From an uncultured Dehalococcoidaceae bacterium (lineage in GTDB: Bacteria > Chloroflexota > Dehalococcoidia > Dehalococcoidales > RBG-16-60-22): a DNA stretch of 35,109 bases. The position numbers were made by a program, and so were the translations under genes. The notes beneath the pieces were generated by a model, which searched no databases, had not been told where the DNA came from, and saw nothing but the letters and a program-made list of their open reading frames with translations. This document shows, in pieces, positions 33,980-35,109 of the stretch. Numbering within the stretch: position 1 is the stretch's first letter; every line of letters starts with the position of its first letter. The DNA is taken from contig CAZZAU010000001.1 in the NCBI GenBank assembly GCA_964652725.1, positions 1-35,109 on the forward strand. Reading direction: 5' to 3'.

Positions 33980-35109
33980 ATGCGCGTTTTGATGCTCAGC
34001 TACGACAAAGCGCTCGTCGCCGACAATAGTATAGGCGATGCCCTGCAAAGGCACCGGCATTACGCCGCCTGCCTGGACCGCCTAGACGTGGTAGTACCCT
34101 GCCCGGGCGGGAAAAAGCGCTCCGCCATCGAGCTGGACGGCAGGCTGGCCATCCACCCCAGCCACGGCCCCAAACCGCTTGCGTGGCTGCGGGCCTATCA
34201 AAAAGCCCGGACGGTCTGCCGGGCCGGCGGCATGGACCTGGTCATTACCCAGGACGCTCTGCTGGGCTGCCTGGGCGTGATGCTGAAACGGGAGTTCGGG
34301 ACCGGGCTTATCGTTAACGCCTTTGCCCTGGACATTTTCAGTCGCGTCTGGCTGGAGGAAAAGCTGCTGCACCGGCTGTACGCGGTTCTGATGCGCCAGG
34401 CATTGCGGCGCGCGGACCTGGTCCGTACCGATGGCACCGGTGACCGGAAAAGCCTCATTGAGGAGCTGGGGTTGCCTGCTGATAAGGTGATAACACTGCC
34501 GATGGTGCCCAGCCCGGAGAATATCACACGGTTCACCCGGGCCGACGGCACGGCGGTGCGGGGGGAGTTGCTGAACGGCAGGTATGACAGTCTGGTGCTT
34601 TTCGTGGGGATGCTGATCAGGCAAAAGAACCTGCCGAATCTGCTGGCGGCAGCCCGCCTGGTGCTTGCTGACCATTCCCGGACCCTGTTCGTCATTATCG
34701 GGGATGGGCCCGAGCGGGGACATCTGGAAATGCTGGCCCGGGAGCTGGGCATAGAAGACAATGTGCGTTTTGCGGGCTTGATGTCCTATGACCTGCTGCC
34801 CGCATATTATGCCGCCTGCGATTTGTTCGTCCTGCCTTCCTGGTACGAAGGCTTCGCCCGGGTGCTGATGGAGGCGGCGTTCGCCCGGAAACCGATAGTT
34901 GCCACGGACGTGAGCGGCGTTTCCGACCTTATTGAGGACGGGCGCAGCGGGTACATCGTGGCGGTGAACAGCCCGGAACAGCTTGCCGCAAAGATAGGGC
35001 GGCTGCTGGATGACCCCGCAACGGCCCGGCGGATGGGAATGAGTGGATATGAGCGAGCAATGGAATACTGCGATTTCGATAACAATATCGAGAAGCTGGT
35101 CGCGGTCTG
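33980..35109 (+). CDS. GT4-family glycosyltransferase, 3'-truncated by the window edge
   Basis: Not in the supplied ORF track because it has no stop in the window. My manual translation from the ATG at 33980 is open to 35109: MRVLMLSYDKALV...FVGMLIRQKNL...VIIGDGPERGHL...FVLPSWYEGFARVLMEAAFARKPIVATDVSGVSDLIEDGRSGYIV. Confidence 0.8.
   Translation, partial: MRVLMLSYDKALVADNSIGDALQRHRHYAACLDRLDVVVPCPGGKKRSAIELDGRLAIHPSHGPKPLAWLRAYQKARTVCRAGGMDLVITQDALLGCLGVMLKREFGTGLIVNAFALDIFSRVWLEEKLLHRLYAVLMRQALRRADLVRTDGTGDRKSLIEELGLPADKVITLPMVPSPENITRFTRADGTAVRGELLNGRYDSLVLFVGMLIRQKNLPNLLAAARLVLADHSRTLFVIIGDGPERGHLEMLARELGIEDNVRFAGLMSYDLLPAYYAACDLFVLPSWYEGFARVLMEAAFARKPIVATDVSGVSDLIEDGRSGYIVAVNSPEQLAAKIGRLLDDPATARRMGMSGYERAMEYCDFDNNIEKLVAV

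Noticed and set aside
1-35109. CRISPR arrays, IS elements, toxin-antitoxin or phage-defence gene sets
   Set aside because: No spaced direct repeats, terminal inverted repeats, transposase/integrase-like ORFs or nuclease/helicase/ATPase defence signatures were seen. The only AAA+ protein is a typical MoxR.

Overview
GC-rich bacterial chromosomal segment. It looks bacterial because of the bacterial-type tRNA-Ser genes, Shine-Dalgarno sites and sigma70-like -35/-10 boxes; the phylum cannot be determined from sequence alone. Left edge: two tandem tRNA-Ser genes on the minus strand, then a DUF58 / polytopic DUF4129-like / MoxR AAA+ ATPase operon (430-4032). From about 4.16 kb to the right window edge there is one very compact glycan biosynthesis/glycosylation supercluster that continues beyond the window. 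It contains 11 glycosyltransferases (7 GT4-like, 4 GT2-like), 5 class I SAM methyltransferases, a B12-binding radical SAM enzyme and a CapK/PaaK-like adenylating enzyme. It also has a nucleotide-sugar dehydrogenase, an SDR epimerase/dehydratase, a GDP-heptose gene set (hddC-hddA-gmhA) and a FemAB-like / CE4 deacetylase-like / DegT-like aminotransferase block. Finally there are two paralogous large polytopic (GT-C-like) membrane proteins and a DUF1616-like membrane protein. The genes fall into five transcription units. Four have near-consensus promoters with 17-nt spacers, the fifth (the DUF1616-like gene) only a weak candidate, and an extended -10 element lies inside the 19741-22190 unit. Many gene junctions are ATGA-type start/stop overlaps. 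I saw no phosphoglycosyl transferase, Wzx/Wzy/Wzz, ABC exporter, transposase, integrase or CRISPR array. The most interesting candidate is an undescribed envelope glycosylation route built around the GT-C-like paralogs, a GtrB/CsbB-like polyprenyl-phosphate GT2 and the DUF1616-like protein. All family assignments come from motifs read by eye and need HMM or structure confirmation.
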